Below are positions 60,749 through 64,000 of a DNA stretch of 64,000 nucleotides, one piece after another. Each line of letters begins with the position of its first letter. The stretch's first letter is position 1. The stretch is taken from contig JBHIEG010000002.1 of NCBI GenBank assembly GCA_046760505.1, positions 1 to 64,000 on the forward strand. The letters run 5' to 3'. A program made the position numbers and the translations under genes. Below the pieces are notes generated by a model that saw only the letters and a program-made list of their open reading frames with translations, had not been told where the DNA came from and made no database searches. The DNA is from Candidatus Hydrothermarchaeota archaeon (GTDB lineage: Archaea; CAYFZR01).

Positions 60749-62299
60749 ATGCACATGAACTTAATAAAGCTCTTGTCGGGTTTATTGCTACTTATTACTT
60801 CCTACCTTGCTGGTGAAAGCCTGATTTTCAAAAAAGTTTCACTTTTAAATCCTTACTTTGATAATCTGTTATTTGCATTTGCAATTGTATTTCCTATTTT
60901 TTTCTTCTCTAGGAAAGATGGGGAAATAAAGGAAAACAATGATTTTATATTGATTTTTTTAACTGTTTTTTCTCTCATATTCAGACTTTTTTTTAGAAGT
61001 AAGGGTCTTCTGCATATGGATTCTATTGCGTACATAGGGTCAGCAAAAGGACTTATAGAATCAGGAAGGCTGCAATACGCCCATTCTCCGGGCTATCCGG
61101 GTGTAGGAATTATATTTGGGCTCTCTAATCTCTTCTTGGATCTTCCAATGGATAGAGTTTCAATATACACGTGTGCAATAATTGGATCTTTATCTGTTCC
61201 TTTGATGTATCTTTTTGCCTTTAGATTTACCAAAAACAAGAGAATTGGCCTCATTACAGCTCTACTTCTTATGGTAAATCCCTTACACTGGTCTCTGAGC
61301 GAGCAAGCCTTGGGCGACGTCCTCTCTTTTTTCTTCTTAGTTTTTAGTGCTTATATGCTTACCTTCAATAATAGGGTAAGGATACTAAGCGCGCTGGTAT
61401 TTGGAGTAGCCATTGCCATTAGATTGACAAACATATTGTTCTTTCCGTTTTATCTCTTTTTGCTCGTGAGAGAAAGAAAAATTAATTATATTCTAGCAGG
61501 CTCTATTTTAAGCCTAACAGGATTTTTTTTCTACATTCCTGCATACCTCATGCATGGATTTGAGTACTTCTTAAGCCCAGTAGTTTATAACAGGTTTTTC
61601 CCAAAGTTGTTTCTTTCAATAAAAGACTATCTCTTGGACATTTTTTGTGTTTCCCTTAGCACAGCTTTCATTCCTCTCACCCTATTTGGAATAGCAATAA
61701 TTTTGAGGGACAGGAAATACTTCCATCTTACTGCTTTGGCTCTATGGATTTTTCCATACTTCTTTTACTTCGGAAATATAATCACCTTTTCTGCGAGATT
61801 TTTCCTCCCGATTATTGCTCCACTCTTGCTCTTAATGGCCGTTAGTCTAAGTAAAATAGAGAAAAAAGCAGGGATGCTTCTTGTCCTCTTTATAATTACA
61901 CAATCTATGGGTTATATTTATCCTGTTTTAGATTCACGTGCAACTCATTCTTATCAGGAGGAATTCGCCCTTTTTGTAAAAAATAACACTGAAGAAGACT
62001 CATTAATCATTGTAAGTGAGGAAAGAGCCTTTATTAGCTATTATGGAAACAGAACCACAATTCCTACAAACGTATCGTTAACAGAATCATATCTCAAGGA
62101 GGGAAAACCAGTCTACTTGATCTCCAGTGCATTTTTCACAAGAGGAGGAAGAGAAAAAGAAGAGAAATTTAAAGAAAATTTTAACTTTACATTAATTGGA
62201 ACTAAATTAAACGAAGATTTTCACCATAAATCCATATATTCTGGATTTTTCGATGAGTATCTCTATGAATTAAAATTAAAGAATACCACAAAAAGTTAG
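60749..62299 (+). CDS. GT-C fold membrane glycosyltransferase (ArnT/PMT_2-like)
   Basis: Multi-TM; D...Y, H.PGYP, NPLHW.LS, RFFLP motifs. Confidence 0.8.
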   Translation: MHMNLIKLLSGLLLLITSYLAGESLIFKKVSLLNPYFDNLLFAFAIVFPIFFFSRKDGEIKENNDFILIFLTVFSLIFRLFFRSKGLLHMDSIAYIGSAKGLIESGRLQYAHSPGYPGVGIIFGLSNLFLDLPMDRVSIYTCAIIGSLSVPLMYLFAFRFTKNKRIGLITALLLMVNPLHWSLSEQALGDVLSFFFLVFSAYMLTFNNRVRILSALVFGVAIAIRLTNILFFPFYLFLLVRERKINYILAGSILSLTGFFFYIPAYLMHGFEYFLSPVVYNRFFPKLFLSIKDYLLDIFCVSLSTAFIPLTLFGIAIILRDRKYFHLTALALWIFPYFFYFGNIITFSARFFLPIIAPLLLLMAVSLSKIEKKAGMLLVLFIITQSMGYIYPVLDSRATHSYQEEFALFVKNNTEEDSLIIVSEERAFISYYGNRTTIPTNVSLTESYLKEGKPVYLISSAFFTRGGREKEEKFKENFNFTLIGTKLNEDFHHKSIYSGFFDEYLYELKLKNTTKS

Positions 62300-62321
62300 G
62301 TTGGGGTTTGATGAAAATGGT

Positions 62322-62984
62322 CTATTTTTTCATCTTCCTTGATATGAAGAATGCTCCGATTATCACTAAGAATACAACTAACATTATTCCAACGTAGTTG
62401 GTTGGAAAGTTACCTGTATTTTCATCTCTTTCATACGTAAACTCGATCCTCGGATCCACCAGTTCATAGTACCATATCTCATTGTCTGTTCTAAAGTCAT
62501 AATCTGGAGAAACAGAAAGAATTTTCACATTCTTGGGGAAAATATAAATTCTTTTAGTCTGAAGGTAGTATCCCTGTCTAATGCCGCTTTCCAGCCTTCC
62601 ACTTCCGAACAAAACGTATTTTTCATCTTCCTTTCTCACGTAGTTCTCTAGGTTATACCAAACTTCCGCTATGTATTCTCTATTTCCAGGAGAAATGTCA
62701 GCGGTAAACTTCATGGTAAAATTTTTTACAATGACCCCCCTCTTGCTCCAAGCATCCTTCAAATCTTTTAGAGACTTTCCGCTGTTATATTCGTTTTTCA
62801 TTTTTTCTAGCTTTCTATAAGCATCGGGCTCGGATGGAGGAGTATCTGGTATGATAGAGAATTTTCCGTAATACGAGACAATTCCATTCTCATGGATCGT
62901 ATAAGTCCCCGAATACTCGTACAGTAATTTAGATGTGGTCGGTATGGCAGATAATGCTAAAAAGATGAGGAGTAATCTTTTCAT
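62322..62984 (-). CDS. Secreted protein with C-terminal TM anchor
   Basis: N-terminal signal peptide; C-terminal hydrophobic helix followed by RKMKK. Confidence 0.7.
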   Translation of the reverse strand: MKRLLLIFLALSAIPTTSKLLYEYSGTYTIHENGIVSYYGKFSIIPDTPPSEPDAYRKLEKMKNEYNSGKSLKDLKDAWSKRGVIVKNFTMKFTADISPGNREYIAEVWYNLENYVRKEDEKYVLFGSGRLESGIRQGYYLQTKRIYIFPKNVKILSVSPDYDFRTDNEIWYYELVDPRIEFTYERDENTGNFPTNYVGIMLVVFLVIIGAFFISRKMKK

Positions 62985-63045
62985 GTGACCATAACTATTA
63001 CTGCATATTTAAAAGCATTTTGGTATCAGATATAAAAACTCAACT

Positions 63046-63321
63046 TTAATCCATTGGCTTGAGTCCGGTTAATCTGTTCCTTATTATTGCGAGTTCATCT
63101 GTTGTTAAAGAAAAGTCTGAGCGCAACATAAAGAACTTGTTTTCAATATAACTTACATGGTTCCATAACAATAAGTTTAGAAATAGGCTCAAACCAGCTA
63201 CCAGAATTAACTCCAGGCGGATGAATAGGTTATCCTCAATCGGGATGATTCTTAATTTCTGCAGTACAATAAAAAAGACAGATAAGATCACGATGAAGGG
63301 TAACTTTGCTCTCATAATCAA
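63046..63321 (-). CDS. Small membrane protein
   Basis: Two hydrophobic segments. Confidence 0.45.
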   Translation of the reverse strand: MIMRAKLPFIVILSVFFIVLQKLRIIPIEDNLFIRLELILVAGLSLFLNLLLWNHVSYIENKFFMLRSDFSLTTDELAIIRNRLTGLKPMD

Positions 63322-63392
63322 CCATATTAATCTAACTTTAATTATCGTTTTTGCTCAACTTCTGAATACAAAAAAATAACTGGATTTTTTTA

Positions 63393-63977
63393 TCAAATGC
63401 GTATCCGTTCAGCTTTCTTTAGGGCACTTACGGTAAGCTTGTGGTATCCAAAAACAGGCTTAATTATTATATCAGCTGCATTTATCCTCTCAAGGTTCAT
63501 GTCACCTAAAACATCCACTACAACGTGTCTTAATCCTTCTTCGCAGTAGCCTATTAAAACTGGCGTCCTTGCGTCGAGCATCTCTTCGTACCTCTTCTCC
63601 AGTGTATTGTATTCCACCGATGAGTCATGATGGACTACTCTCACGTTCAAGCCATCTTCTATTGATGCGGGGCGTATTTCTATGTATCCATCTTTAAATC
63701 TTTCCTTAACCCTGTTTTTTATAGTGAAATATTCGTCTTCTCTAAGTTCCTTCCTATTTTCAAGCAAAAGTCTCCAAACATCTCCTCCCGCTCTGCCATC
63801 TCCACTTCCAAGGACTACTGATGGAGAGAATCCATCTCTTACTGCATCTCTATGGGAGGGTCTCGAGGGGTCGAACGATGAGATTCCTCTGATATCACAG
63901 TACATGTTTAAAATTCGAAGGGTACCCAAAATATGCTCTACAAGATACGCCGCTTTTTTGTTCTCCCTCAAATCCAC
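63393..63977 (-). CDS. Hypothetical protein
   Basis: 194 aa ORF, no recognised motif. Confidence 0.55.
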   Translation of the reverse strand: MDLRENKKAAYLVEHILGTLRILNMYCDIRGISSFDPSRPSHRDAVRDGFSPSVVLGSGDGRAGGDVWRLLLENRKELREDEYFTIKNRVKERFKDGYIEIRPASIEDGLNVRVVHHDSSVEYNTLEKRYEEMLDARTPVLIGYCEEGLRHVVVDVLGDMNLERINAADIIIKPVFGYHKLTVSALKKAERIRI

Positions 63978-64000
63978 CCTTTCATATGCTTTTATGACCT

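Overview
This window is core-chromosome DNA from an AT-rich euryarchaeote-like archaeon. Evidence for that: an HMf-type histone, Alba, topoisomerase VI A/B, cdrS-ftsZ, archaeal PheRS beta, an ADP-dependent sugar kinase, the aroA'/aroB' route, Methanococcus/Thermococcus-type S-layer motifs, the SRP RNA and six tRNAs. I saw no transposase, integrase or CRISPR array. Most genes are housekeeping: phosphate uptake, porCDAB, aromatic amino-acid synthesis, glycan/envelope synthesis and a NitT/TauT ABC transporter. Five things stand out. (1) A tightly coupled 5-gene minus-strand operon (6459-10285) encodes a B-box/TM2-like membrane protein, a PH-PH-Ig-ubiquitin-like protein, a multi-TM protein, a membrane-anchored VWA protein and an ATPase-less Cdc48 N-domain protein; it is a candidate undescribed membrane Ubl/Cdc48-adaptor system. 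(2) A thioester (GCGEQ) alpha-2-macroglobulin has a transmembrane hairpin inserted in its linker/bait region. (3) A CHAT/caspase-like protease has an intact His/Cys dyad. (4) A structured leader with a Phe/Trp-ending uORF and hairpin sits upstream of an aroA'-like gene, a possible archaeal attenuator. (5) TyrA carries Sm-like and FDX-ACB-like tails, and pheA lacks a canonical start codon. All domain calls come from reading motifs by eye; no database search was run.
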